NCBI RefSeq assembly: GCF_964204645.1
Contig: NC_134034.1
Span: forward strand, 4,374,814-4,438,813
Reading direction: 5' to 3'
DNA length: 64,000 nucleotides
Source: Tubulanus polymorphus
Lineage: Eukaryota; Animalia; Nemertea
The notes below the pieces were generated by a model that had not been told where the DNA came from, did not search any database, and saw only the letters and a list, made by a program, of their open reading frames with translations. The position numbers were made by a program, and so were the translations under genes. Shown in pieces: positions 26,288-39,696 of this stretch. Position 1 is the stretch's first letter. Each line of letters opens with the position of its first letter.

Positions 26288-27660
26288 GGGGCCGGTTGCT
26301 CAAAGGTTGTTAAGTCTTAAACAGTAGTTAAATTGCTAAACGAGTCGTTAAAAATTGAACAGTCGTTATTTCCGGTTGCTCAACGATTTAACGGTCGGTT
26401 AAATCACTTAAACGACCGTTATAGTTAAACGGTCCAAGGTAGGTTGTTCTCACCTAACGACTCGTTAAATCAACAAAAATGGCCGACGACATAGGTTGCT
26501 TTCTTCCAAATTTTGAAAATGAAAGACATTTTAGACATAATTTCGAGCAATATGAGGAATTCACTGATGATCAATTGCGGCAGAGATTCAGATTTGGTCG
26601 GCATGGTCTGGAATTTATCAAGAACCTAGTCGGAGACGATATGAACAGGGCAACTCACCATAATCATTCAATTAGTGTTTGAAACCAGATTCTGATAGGA
26701 ATCCGATTTTTCGCCTGCGGTTCATTCTTGGAAGTGGTTGGTGATGGTTTTGGTGTGCATAAGAGTACAGTGGTTTCACGTATTGTACAGCGGTTCGTTA
26801 ATAGTATTTGCGAACACGCCGATTAATTCATTAAATGGCCGGCAGTCGACGATTTGAATCACCTGAACAGAGACTTTTTGACCTGGCCGGATTTCCGAAC
26901 GTTGTTGATGCCGTCGACTGTACGCGCATTCGCGTGCCGGAGGTTTCTGCTTACTCTGTGTTTACATCCGCACTCAGGGCAGAGAGAAGGTACAACGGCT
27001 CTCATAAAAGTACGAGAAGCATCATAGAAAGGGCTTTTGGAATCTTAAAACGCCGATTCCACATTCTACACGGAGAGATAAGAATGATACCTGGACGTGT
27101 CTGTAAGATCGTTTTGTGCTGTGCCATACTACACAACATAGTTATACAGTTGAATGGCCCGGAGCCCGCAAATGTCGTCGACGAAATGGAGTTTGATGAC
27201 GTCATGGATCATGGGAACAACCTTTAATAAAATTGAAAAAAAACATTAAATCATACGTTGTATTGGATAATTATAAAAATGAAACGGAATCTTTAAATTA
27301 TTCTTCTAATTTTCTAATTTCCAGAAGTAATTTTTGTTTTTGGAGTTCTGCCACTTCTTTCTGGACTACCAGCAACTCGCACTGAAGCTGCAATCGGTCA
27401 TCAGTGGTAAACTTCCTCTGTTTTGGCAGTTTTGCTACTACTGACTCCGGCAGCGTAGGTGTCAGCTTCTCTTGCTCCTCTGTAACTTTCGTCTTTGGTT
27501 CCGAATTGCTGTCTATCAGCGATTGTATTTCATAAGCATCTGAAAATGAGAAATCAATCCAATGAGTTAGATGAGGTAATAAAAGCTGATTGACATAGAA
27601 TTGAATTGGACCGAGCCAAATTCCAAATCCGTAACCGCAATTTAGGTACACCCTCCATTA
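26288..27660 (+). mobile_element. Truncated Harbinger transposon (transposase + strand, accessory ORF C-terminus - strand)
   Basis: Left end GGGGCCGGTTGCTCAAA with TTAA-rich subterminal repeats. Transposase fragments LRQRFRF, FFACGSF, GFPNVVDAVDCTRI, IERAFGILKRRF (26479-27227, internal deletion); coiled-coil ORF 27298-27540 on -. No right TIR found. Confidence 0.85.
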
Positions 27661-28487
27661 GTAGTTTGGAGCTGACTATTTCAGATGACTCAAAACCAGA
27701 CCGTTCCGTCTACAGATAGTATAACGGATTAGCATTTTACATTAGCATGTTGAATGACATATGTATGGCGGACAATTCGACATTGTCTGCGCTGTCATCT
27801 ACTGACTGTAGTGATTTTAAGGCCGCCCAGAATGCAATTAAAGAGTATAGCATTATTTGTTGCAATAATTTGTTACCTGCAATATGTGTTGGTACATACT
27901 AGCGCCGTGCTTATCTCTAACAAAATGTTTTGAGGACTGAATGTGTCTTAACATGTAGGCCTAATTGGTATTGGTCTCTGGTATTGATGCTTGATAGTAC
28001 CCTCTGTATTAGTAATGTGACTATTGAATTCTGTTTATCATAGATACCGGTAAACAGTATATTTTAACTCACATTCAGACAGTAGTAATTATGATTCTAA
28101 GTAGTATTTTTATTTAAACTTTTTGATACGGTAGGGCCTACCCAGTGACTGTTGTTTGTTTGTTGTGAAAATCTATTTCACTGAAGCAAAAAATAAATAT
28201 ATAAATATATGCCAATATAGTTTTTCTTTTCTGTTGTCTCTTGTTTTTTCTTCCTCTAATTTTACAAAGGCTTGTGTGGAATTTTGGGATTTGTAAGTTA
28301 CCTCCCTTCCCTCCAGGGAAAGCCCTTTAAAAATCGAACCTAAAAAATCAATCCAGAGTACACTGAGGTACTGAGATGAAAACACCTCACGCCAGTTATT
28401 ATTCATTAGTTTCTATTGAATTTCGAAATATTGCGCTTCTAAAAGGTTGTTTGTCAGACACAAAGCCTTTCCACCACTGCCGATCTG

Positions 28488-28700
28488 GGTAGGTCTAAAG
28501 TACGAATCCACGAAATTACGAAATAAAAAACGAAATTACGAAATATGAAATAAAATTACGAAATGCTTACGTACGAAACGAAATGTGTAACGAAATGCTA
28601 AACTACGAAATTAAATGGCCCTTCTTTCGCGGGTCCTGCTAAAGTATGAAATGAAATACGAAACAAAATTTTAATTTTTTTTCGCTTTAGTATTTGACTC
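28488..28700. repeat. ACGAAAT short-repeat cluster, probable MITE relic
   Basis: Many ACGAAA(T) units; only weak terminal inverted similarity. Confidence 0.5.
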
Positions 28701-29249
28701 ATGGCTGCTCTAGTGAAGCAGGGTTCCGCACCGTGGCCAAATTTGGCGATATCATCAGGTTTGAATCCCTTCTTGGGGAAATGATCTGTGCATGCCCATA
28801 AACAACTTGAAGGTACCGATTGATAAATTACGGGCTAGAGAACGAAGTGTGCTTAAGGCATATCCTACAGTAATTAGGCTTAAAAATGATACTGTGTTTC
28901 TCCACTCTGCTGAGCTTAAAATGTTGACCCGACCGGCCACCTATCTGCCCTGTACATTACTTTTTAAAACCATTATCAGACATACAATAACAGACCCGGC
29001 AGCTATAGAAATGAACAGAACAAAAAATTGGAATATACAAAATGACCCGGCCGTTGCGTTGAAACAAGGTATTTATTTTTAGCCTAAGGCTTCATTATTG
29101 CTTTCCGGCAAACCCTCACTTTGAAATTACGCTGATCAAGCCACTTTTTGGTTCCTTAAAGCAAATTATGTTGTTTGATCCACGATGGAGGAAATGAAAA
29201 CGACCACGCACTAAAAAAGCTAGAATGCTGGGAAATTATTGTATCAAGT

Positions 29250-29985
29250 GTTTCGACTTGAAAAGCGCATTCAGATCGGGCCAGAATATTTATAAAAAAC
29301 AGAGTACAAAGGAATTAGCTGCGTAAAAAATTAATGTATAGTAATACAAAAGGCATTTCAAGAAATGTGTACGTATATCAAAGCAAAAGCTGATAGAAAA
29401 ACTGTGCAAAAATGATACTAAAGCTCTGTGGCAACAACCTAGCAATAAGAAATGCAGTACTGACACAAAATATATAAATGATCTTTTTGACCATTTTAAA
29501 GAGATGAATAATGTAACAGAGCATGGGGAAATCGATCAACCCTCAATCTTTATAGATATTGCAGCAACTGTTGACAGCCTTGGCGAAGAGTGTACCGTAC
29601 CTTATCAGAGATAAAAAAATATATTGAATTATCGAAAACTGATAAGGCTGCAGGCACATACAATATTATCAATAAATTCCTAAAGGCATCGAATGAAGAA
29701 ATGCAAAATCTGTATGTGAAGTTATATAACTTTATTTTAAAAACAGGGCATGTTCCAGATGAATGGTATCATACATCCTATTTTCAAAAAGAAAGGGGAT
29801 CCTAAAGACTCTATAAACTACAGAGGTATAACACTTCTAAGTTGCTTAAGCAAGGTTTTTACCACTTTATTGAACAACGGCAACAGATTAAAGAATTTTT
29901 TAGAAGAAAACAATATTGTATTGTAGGACTTGATTTAGAGACGGGTATTCAACTCTCGATCACATTTACATCTCCGTGCTCTAAC
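29250..29985 (+). mobile_element. Degraded RTE-like LINE ORF2 fragment
   Basis: KAAGTYNIINKFLK, ILKTGHVPDEW, PIFKKKGDPKDSINYRGITLLSCLSK across frameshifts. Confidence 0.75.
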
Positions 29986-29989
29986 ACAG

Positions 29990-30965
29990 GTAAAGCTACT
30001 ATTCAGTTTGAAGATTTTGATCATGTTAAACGTGGGCGAAAACCAAAACATGTAATATTTCCGTAAATCGTTAGTGTTGCTACAAAGTTTATAAAACCAC
30101 ATGGCTACAGTGCACAAAGTCGTCGTCGGAGTGAAACAGCCAATAGTTCGGTGTATCCCTTGCCATGGTTCAAAAGCATTTATTGGATACCATCCCAGGT
30201 TTGAAGGATAGCGGTGGAATTAGTAGAAATATCATTCATAGGCTTATGGTTACCGAAAAAGACTCAAAGCCCTAGGTATTACAAAAGTCTAAATTGCTAG
30301 GGTGCCTTCAAAAATGAATAATTCATTTTACAAAGATCATATGGACAGGCATTTGTGTGCAAGTCTTGTAAAAGGTCCTGTTGAGTTTGCAAGTGAGCAT
30401 AATGATGAAGTGTGTGTAATCTCATGCGACAACATGAACAAGGTGAACAGTCGAACTTTGGCTGTCTCACGCTACTACCAGCTACGCATGTTTTTCCCAC
30501 AGGATGTCTCCCCGAAATATAATGATCATGACTTCCCTTGTGAAAACAGCATCTCCCCAGCTGGCTATTTGGTCCCCAAACCTGCAAAATCCCCAGCTAC
30601 TGCAACATTCCGTAAAAGTCGTTCTTTGAGTCCATGCCCGGGGTGTAATGTTGATAAAACCCGCTATCGTGGTCTTTCTTCCGTAGCCAATAGAATGGAT
30701 GATACAGGTAGAACATTTGTAAAAGATAAATTAAAAAGACTGCATTACAAATTCCTTAGATCAGGTGAGCTACATATTTACCCTTAAATATGCAGGTATG
30801 ATACTATTGATGGCCAAACCCATGGTAATGATCTCTTCATGTTATATAAATAAGGGTAAACAAGGTGTTGTGTTAATAGTGGATGGGGGCCAGACTTTTC
30901 CCCTAAGTCTGTGGTGAATTTACATCATGTGGGAAGAGTTTGGCATGACCTAAATCTTGATTTCA
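29990..30965 (+). pseudogene. Zator-related DDE transposase fragment
   Basis: RGRKPK, ISRNIIHRL, VISCDNMNKV...AVSRY...PKYNDHDFP...PAGY, LIVDGG-DFSP resemble the Zator SxDDK...PDHDF...DGGPD motifs; several frameshifts. Confidence 0.6.
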
Positions 30966-31724
30966 CGACTTTTACGAATGAAAACTATTCTTGATTCCAT
31001 GGGGTTCCCTACTCTTGCGCCTGTTGCCCATATCTGTCAAGACCTGATTAACCGCAGTAAAGAATTTGTGCCCTATATTGAATATATTGAAGCAGGAGAA
31101 ACTATTTTAGAGGTAAATAGCCGAACGCATGAGAAGAAATTAGCCTCGTTTATTGTACTGAATGAACCAAACAAGCAAATCGAAAGAGCTTGTATTCACT
31201 TGTCTGAAAACAATCAGCTGCATGATTATGATAAATTCAAGAATGAAATCTGGGTGAAAATCGGCCTAGACAAAGGTGGAAAAAGTACGAATATGGTATT
31301 TTCCATCATTAATGGTCATTATCCAAATAGCCCAGATTCAACCGATTTATTAGGTTATTTTGAGGCAATAGAGAAGAGCCCTGACAGCCCTGAGATATTC
31401 TTCGGAAAATTCCGTGATGAATTTGATGCAATCTCCTATGTACCCATATAATTAAAGCAACACCCTGTCGGCGACATCCATGATGGGGGATCGAGGCTGT
31501 TCAGTCTCATTCCCATGTCTCTGGTGTAACATAACACTCGATGACCTGCGTAACAAGAAAGGAACGCCTCATAGTCCAAAAAATATAATTTATCCACTCC
31601 GTGACATAAACACATACATGACCTAAACGTGGTCATGATGAATTCCAATGGATCAGCTGGACCACGCAGTCACAGCATAAATCGACCCATGCTTTTCCGA
31701 CCATTGGACATTGCTCATTTAGTT

Positions 31725-31996
31725 CCCCCAAAAAAAACTTTTTACAATATACTTGTTCGAACGAAAAACTTAATGTTCTGACAAGAAATTCTGTTCGATC
31801 TGCTCGATCAAACGATTGTTCGAACGAAAAACCTTTCGTTTGGACAAAAAAAGTTTCTTCAACTTTGTTCTAACGATTTTTTCAAATTCGTCCAATCGAA
31901 CAGAATATTATTGGTTCGAAGTAAATTTTGTTCCGACGAAAGAATTTTCAAGCGAAAGGTCTTTTGAACGAAAAAAAAGATATTTCTGGGGCTCCG
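31725..31996. repeat. TTCGAACGAAAA repeat cluster, probable MITE
   Basis: Multiple GTTCGAACGAAAA-like units between CCCC and GGGG ends; interrupts the transposase reading frame. Confidence 0.55.
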
Positions 31997-32009
31997 CACA
32001 GTAACTTAT

Positions 32010-32337
32010 AGTCGGACGTAGGTCGGCCTTGAGACGCGATGCGATCCTTGCGTTGCATCGCAAGTTTCTGTGCAAGTCGGTTGGGATACGATTGTCAGCG
32101 ACTGTGTGCGACTAGTTCCTGCCAGTCGCAAGAGTGCGTAGGTCGGTTGTGACAGTCATGTAGCGTCGCAGTAAGTAGAACACGTGCGACTCCTTGTGAC
32201 TGGCGTTGCTGACAGTCGCAACCCATCGCAAGGGAGCAAAGGTCGATGAGTCGTTGCGACACAATCGTCACTGGCGGTCGCAGTGAATGGAGTCGCAGTG
32301 AGTCACAAGCCGTCGCAAGGCCGACCTACGACCGGCT
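32010..32337. mobile_element. Harbinger-type MITE
   Basis: TIRs AGTCGGACGTAGGTCGGCCTTGAGAC / reverse complement AGCCGGTCGTAGGTCGGCCTTGCGAC; internal GTCGCA repeats; flanks TAT / TAA. Confidence 0.8.
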
Positions 32338-35300
32338 TAAGTCATTAGGAATTAATGAAATACCAGTTTCATTTATGATGAAAAAACTCAAATGAAAAGT
32401 CTTGCTTATAAAGCTGTCTGCTCAGACGAAATTTTCAAAAAATATCTTCATTTTTGGCAATAAAATTGATAATTGATAATTGTTGATCGTTGCAAGCCAG
32501 AGCCAGTTAATCACTAATTAACATGTATTTTAATAAATCTGATTCCTCCTTTACAGTGAACTTAGCATTAACCAAGTAGAGGCTACTAGCCTATGTAGGC
32601 CAATGTATATGCGTAGGCCTAACATCCGGACAGATTGGTCGTAGGCCAACTGAATAACAACCCTCCTAAATATCGTTAATTTTGTTTTGAAGTTCAATCC
32701 AATGAGTCCGTTAATAAACGCAACAATTATACTGTGTTTGTTTGAGACAGTAAAGGTCAGTACCGGTTGGCCTAAAGCCTTAAGGTCGCGAAAAACTCGA
32801 TAAACACTTCAACCGACACAGCGAAAGATCTCCTTTTCCCCACAGCGAACGCTTACTCCGAATGTCAAGTGTGAGTCCTGCATACGGATAGGAGTGTGTT
32901 ATATACTTGTATTTAGTAAATACCTTGTGCATTTGACAATGATCGGTATGCACTATAGGAAATATAGAGTATTGATGGTATTGATATAGAGGTTGAAGCC
33001 CGCGGCCGGATAAAGTAATATATTCTTTTATTTTGATACCTTGTCGACACAACAGCTTTTCTCCGCTATTTCTCTTCGGCGTGTTTAGTTTAGGCCTACA
33101 ACTCCCCGGTAAACTAAAGATTTATCTTAGTAAATACACGGTTAATTTGGTAAAGAAAAATAGGTATTTTTAAACTAACGCTTTGAAACCCGCAGCCAAA
33201 ACACTGGTAGTAATAAATTAATTTGTACTCGATTTGAATCTCATGATGAGGAGAAACTCGCGGCTGATCCCCGGAACGACGATGTAGTGACACGCGTCGA
33301 TTCGTCGATGTTTACGGCTCGACAGTGCTTTTAAAGTCTAAAGTAGTAAATTTCCTGTGTATCGGTAATGATTTGATGAGGAAAATGGGCTATTGTAAAA
33401 ATTACTGTTTGAAGACCGCAGCTGAATGTGAAGTCTGCTGCAATAAATTTGTTCATTTATATTTGAATTGATAATCGAAGTGACAATCGGCCTGCGAGTT
33501 GATTTCGGGATAACGACTCAAAAAACATGTCGCCCCATTGAATGGGGCTAAATTTTCGATGTTTAAGGCTCGACAGTGATGTAACAGAAAACCCTAATTA
33601 ACTTCTTCGGCAAAAATCACAAAAAATGCTATCTGCTGCAATGAAAAAAGGTTCCAGTCCCTTAAACTGTTAAGCCGCTATTTGTTTGATTAGAGTCATA
33701 GATGATCCAAAACCAAGTCAGTATGTGTACTGCACGAAGTGTGATGCGCCACATCATGAACAATGTATTCTTATTCATCAGGGCAGTAGTTATGCGTTTC
33801 ACTGCCATCAATGTACTACTGGCAAACGAATTTCACCGACTATGTTTCGTTGAATGCCTGCTAGATTATCTTTGAAGTCAATTCATTCAGAAATTCAATC
33901 AAATATGGGTCCTCTTCAAAAAGCACTTGACAACAAGTTACATGAAATTGGTATTGATCGACAGGCATCATTCTAATAGTTTCATTGGTAATCATATTCA
34001 CAAGCTATTGAAAATTGATGACCATAGTAACAATCCCTCGGAGATATTGAGTGTTTTGGATCGATTTCCACTCGAAAAAGCCAAATTACTTACACTTTTC
34101 ACAAAATTCAGTGAAATAAATGCATTATTCACAGCATGCTGCTTTTTATTTCAAGATGAAATTAACAGATTAGAACATTTCTGTCATGATTTTGGAGAAT
34201 GGTTTCTGACAATGTTTACCGAGTCAAAAATAACTCCAAAATGCATATACTCGTATATCATGTTCCAGAGTTTGTTAAGACCTAGCAATCACTCAGGCTC
34301 TTTGGTGAATAAGGCTTTGAGAGCAAAAATGCAATCATGAATAAAGATTGTCGAACTTATAGCACTCTGCGCAATCAGGTTCTCCGCACTAAACTCACGT
34401 TCGTCAATCAAGGTCTATATTCCAGTAGAAACATTGTGTCATTGCCAGTTACAGTGCGAAAGTGTAGTTGTGCTGGCTTTTTCGTAAATCCCCTTCCAAT
34501 TTAAAAAGACGCTGTCAAGCATGTCTTAACGATGAATCCATTTAGACCGCTGAAAAAGAAAAATATCTTGCGTCAATCATATAACTTGACAGTAGAGCAG
34601 TGGATGGGAAATGGGCAATTCTATGGTAATTGTATAATTATGACCGGATTAAAATCCCTCCCGCTCACTCTACTGTAGTAGAGAAGTTTGTTGAATACCA
34701 GTCGTTGATGTTCAAAACTCAACTGTTATCACTTCCTATTTGGAATACTTCCAATACCGGGGAATCTATATTTGAAATCATCAAGAAAGAATTAATTGGT
34801 CACAACTCCTGAGTCTAGTTTGTGACAACTGTTCGGAGATGACGGGGAAGAACAAAGGTACCATTAGATTTGTGCATGATCAAAACCCTAACGTCCACCA
34901 GGCAGGATGTGTCTGCCATCTTTTGGATCTTGCTGTCTCAAAAGGTCTGAAATGTCTATATGATGAAGTTAATTTGATGACATTCTTAGAAAGTTAAACT
35001 GGTATATTAGCAAGTCAACTAAACGTGGCGCAGCTTTGCAGAAAGTACAAGATGATCTTGCAATACCAATTTGACAAGGAGTGTCGTGATGCATCTAACA
35101 ACAGCGAGGAATACATCGATGAGATGGGGGGCCGAGTCAACTGGTTCCATAAAGAAGAAACTAAAGTCATTTTTCAAGAGACGAACATCACAACTTTACA
35201 CAACATTCGTCGTGAAAGCTGTAGAGGTAATTAAGTTTTACTTGCAAGTTTAATCTTCCAAATCTAGTGGGCGATTAGTAGCATTCAGTAATCATGATGT

Positions 35301-36285
35301 CACTACTACCATCAGTGTGGTGGTAGTGTGGTACTTGGTCTGTTTGAGCCACTCGAGGGTTAGACCTTGGAGTAATCATTCAAATGATTACTCCAAGGTT
35401 AGACATTCACAAGTCTATCATAGGTTAATTTAGAACAGTGTAGCAAATAATCATTTCTTGAACTCTTATTATGCAGATCTTGGAATCCACAAATGCCAGT
35501 GTGCAAAGTGAATGTTCGCAGGTTTTCAGAGTCAAGAGACTTATCGAAAAGCTTCTGATGACTTTACTGAAACGGATTTGCGAACCGCCTGCATTTATGC
35601 AGGAACCGATTACGATGAAGGTAGATTAAACTAGTTCATACAACATCAACGCAAATAAGGATCTATTTATTGGATCTGCAACCCAAGAAGTCGTAGCAAA
35701 CGGTGTGAGAACGGCTACAAAGGATACATTCTACAAAGATGTTGTGAAATCCAACCAGGCCATATTAGATTACATCAAACTCAGGATAAATCCTGATCAT
35801 CAACCGTTATGGAAACATGCTGAAGTAAGTTCAACACATAACCTAGGCCCGATAATTCATAGTTTTTATTTTGTTTTAAAACATTTCAGGAGACGGAAGG
35901 TTTGCATTGAAATAAAAAAGATTAAAATATTTGTGGTACCGGTATCGTTATCACAGACCCCTCAGCTCTGTCTGAACCAGGATTTCCCTTTGTCTTATCT
36001 GATCCATCCCAAACCACTAATTATGGCTATTCATGGCTGTTATATCATGTTGTACCAATTATTTGCAGTTAGCGGATATATCACTCAGGCAGAACAAAAA
36101 GTATGCTGATATGAAATTCTTCGTGGACAAGTTTCCATGCATTACAGACGGACAGAATATTGATGCTATTGAAGAAGAATTTATTGATTATACAACGCTG
36201 AGCGATGGTGATCTCCCAGCAAATCTATTCTTACTAACAGCAACCAATGGATAGATTGTTCACCGACCTGCTGAGGAACAATAAA

Positions 36286-36474
36286 AGTAATAGGGGAATG
36301 TGGCTTCCATACCAAAGGTCGAAAGGTCGAGCTCGTAAAAAATGAAAATAACAATAATTTCCAGTTGAATTAGTCGCGCACACTTCTAATTCAACTAGAA
36401 ATTATTGTTATTTTCATTTTTTTACTCACTCACCCTTTCAACCTTTGATATGAAAGCCACATTCCCCTATTACT
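36286..36474. repeat. Terminal palindrome inside the left TIR
   Basis: Arm 36286-36373, loop TCGCGCACACTT, then a complementary arm ending CCCCTATTACT at 36474. Confidence 0.95.
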
Positions 36475-36677
36475 CTTAAAATATTCATTTACATGGATAA
36501 AATATATATGAATAACATATAAAAGTAATTAGAAAAGTGGGGTTTCAAGCCAGAGATCGGAGGTCGAGCTCTTATAGCATAGATATATAGATATATTTTA
36601 AACATATTTCAATATTTATATTTGTATGAGTTAGATTTTTAAACATTAAAAGTGTCAGTAAAGTGTGATTGAAATAA

Positions 36678-36846
<169 letters not shown>

Positions 36847-36894
36847 GAATAACATATAAATGAATAAAATATAAAATCTATTTAGTAAAAAAAT

Positions 36895-37560
36895 ATGTAT
36901 AATAAATGGAACCAGAAACCACAAACTATCAATATTACAAATAACACCGGCGTTATAAACATATACTACAAGAAGTGTTCTAAATGTGAATAAGATAAAT
37001 TAGCTATAACAGAATTTAATAAGCGTTAGATTAGCAAAGATGGTTTTCAATATTGCTGTAAAACTTGTATTAAACTATATGCCAAACAATACCGAGAAGA
37101 TAATAGAGAAGCTTATAATGATTATATGACAGAATATATGAGAGAAAGATATCAAACTGATTTTAATTTTAAAGTGAAACAATGCTTAAGATCTAGATTA
37201 ACACAATTATTCAACAAAGAAACACATTCAGAAACACTATCTAATTTGTTGGGTTGTACAAATGAATTTCTCAAATCATGGATGATATATCAATTCGACG
37301 ATAAAATGAATATAGATAATTATGGTGAATACTTTCATATTGATCATGTGTTGCCGATTTCTAAATTTGACATGAGTGATGATTATAATAAGAAGCTAAT
37401 ATGGAACTGGAGAAATTTAAGGCCTTTAGAAAAGAAGGAAAACATAATTAAATCTAATAAACTAGATTTACAGTTATATTTAGATCAAGTGGTTCAAGCA
37501 AAGACATTTGTTGAATTATGGAATAGTGATCCAAATAGTATTAGCCTAAAGAGATACTAA
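36895..37560 (+). pseudogene. HNH-family endonuclease (large-DNA-virus type) with N-terminal Zn ribbon
   Basis: KKCSKC...YCCKTC, then LRSRL...LLGCT...NYGEYFHIDHVLPIS.FD...NWRNLRPL...ENIIKSNK; two in-frame stops upstream of 37126. Confidence 0.8.
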
Positions 37561-37611
37561 TATCATTTTATAATACTGATAATATTTTTTTCGCTTTTTT
37601 CTCTAATATAA

Positions 37612-38190
37612 ATGTCAAAGAAATCGGGTAAGAATAATAGCGATATTGAAAAACGTTAGATGATTTAGGTATTAGTGATGATAAGGATATTCCGACCAAA
37701 ATAATATTCAAGTTAATAACAATATAGATTATGAATACTATTTATATTGTAAACACCATCTTGAGTTACTTATTGCTGGCGGGAAATCTACGGAGTTTTT
37801 AAATAGAATCATTACTTTTCAAGAACTAGACTCTATGAAACCAGATAAAGTCATAAAATATTTCAAGATTTATGAAGAAGCTAGATTAGCTAGAGTAAAT
37901 GATTCTATTTCAGATGGTATTGTCAAATGTAATTCAAAATTATGTAAACGGTTAATACCAATTGATGATGAAAATAAATTATATAGTGATTTGAAAAATG
38001 ACTTCTTAGTTATGACTGAATTACAAAAAAGGGTTGGTTACGCTTCATTTCAATTAGGATCGGTTATGACATTAATTTCTACTGGTGTCATCTGCGAACA
38101 TCAAACCTATGGAATATAAATCAGGTAAGAACGAAACAGATGTACTACAACCAAACGGCGAAACAGAAAATGAATCAGAACAAAAATTAA
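37612..38190 (+). pseudogene. Viral hypothetical protein, frameshifted
   Basis: Starts at TAAATG (37612); includes ORF 37835-38119; no recognised domain. Confidence 0.55.
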
Positions 38191-38199
38191 CTAAAATAA

Positions 38200-38595
38200 A
38201 TGAGTGATGGTATTGCCGTACGGCACCCACACAGTGACGTTAAGAAAAAGGTTAGATCTGAAAAACAAATTAAATGGGCAAGAGAATTAGGTAAAAGATC
38301 TGCAGAATTAAAAAAAGCTAAGAAAAAGAAATTAACTGATATAAATGAATCACAGACTTTATCTGATATTGATTCAAATAACAATCCATCTAATTCTTAT
38401 AATGCTGGAAGAAATAATTACTTATATATTACAATTGGGTTAATCACAATTATTATATTATCCGGTGTAATATATAAATCAAAATTAAAATCTGATGATA
38501 AAGATGATTCCAATGATGATAAACCTATTATACCAGAAAATAAGTCAAATCATAAAGCCATTGAAACTAAATCTAAATTATTATTAATGGATTAA
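38200..38595 (+). CDS. Basic single-TM viral protein
   Basis: Intact 131-aa ORF with basic N-terminus (RSEKQIKWARELG) and a hydrophobic span YLYITIGLITIIILSGVIY. Confidence 0.75.
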   Translation: MSDGIAVRHPHSDVKKKVRSEKQIKWARELGKRSAELKKAKKKKLTDINESQTLSDIDSNNNPSNSYNAGRNNYLYITIGLITIIILSGVIYKSKLKSDDKDDSNDDKPIIPENKSNHKAIETKSKLLLMD

Positions 38596-38601
38596 AATAA
38601 G

Positions 38602-39696
38602 ATGAAAAAAGAACAATATTTAAGAGATTTATATTATAACCCAGAAAGTGAAGTATCATATTCTAACGTTTCAGAATTATGGAGTAAAAGTAAATCTGAT
38701 AAAGAAAATGGTAATATAAAATATAGTGAATTAAAATCATGGTTACAAAATCAACCAACATATCAAATACACAAGAAAATGGATAAAACTTATTTAACAA
38801 GAAAAGTTATGGTTTCATATATCGATCAACAATGGCAAGCAAATTTAATTGACATGAAGAACTTAGAAGAACACAACAAAGGATATTTCTGGATATTAAA
38901 TGTTATAGATGTATTATAGATGTATTCAGTAGATACGCATGGTCAATTCCAATCAAAAATAAAACTGGTATAGAAGTAACAAATGATTTTAAATCAATTT
39001 TTAAAGAAGCTATTCCAGATAAGATACAATTTGATGAAGGTAAAGAATTTTATAACAAACATTTTAAAAAACTATTATCTGATAACGATGTAGAATATTT
39101 TTAAACACATTCAGATAAAAAAGCATCTATTATAGAAAGATTTAATAAAACATTGAAAACTAGAATGCGGAAATATTTTACTGCAAATGAAACATATAAA
39201 TATATCGATGTATTAGATGATTAAGTGAAAGATTATAATAATTCTAAACATAGTTCTATAAATATGAAACCTATACAAGCTAGAAAAGAAGATAATTCAG
39301 AAATAGTTTGGAATAATTTATACGGAGCATTTGTTACACATGATTTCGGTGAACCTAGATTTAAAATTGGACAACATGTTAGAATATCTAAATATAGAAA
39401 AACATTTTATAAGGGTTACACTCCAAATTTTACTGAAGAAATATTTAAAATCAAAAAGATAATATTAACTAAACCATTTGTTTATAAATAAGAAGATCTA
39501 AAAGATGAAGAAATATTAGGTTATTTCTATGAACAAGAATTATCACTTGTACCAAACCCAGATGAAATAGAATACAAAATAGAAAAAATATTGAAAACAA
39601 AAACTCTTAAAGGAAAAAAGTATTCTTTGGTGAAATATAAAGGATATGAAGATAAATTTAATGAATGGATTTTATCTAGTAAAATTAAAAGAATAA
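38602..39696 (+). pseudogene. Retroviral-like (rve) integrase with C-terminal chromodomain-like region
   Basis: YYNP, QWQANLIDM, IDVFSRYAW, IQFDEGKEF, ASIIERFNKTLK, YNNSKHSSINMKP, KGYTPNFTEEIF, VKYKGYEDKFNEWI; stops and a frameshift. Confidence 0.95.

Larger units (their letters stand above)
30957..34500 (+). pseudogene. Transib/RAG1-related (CMC-type) transposase fragments with a PHD finger, interrupted by insertions
   Basis: WVKIGLDKGG...NGHYPNS...YFEA (31250-31370), PMLFRPLDIAHLVPP (31680), PHD C4HC3 (33668-33815), SFIGNHIHKLL, ITPK/MHILVYHVPEF...GE*GFES (34230-34325). Confidence 0.6.
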
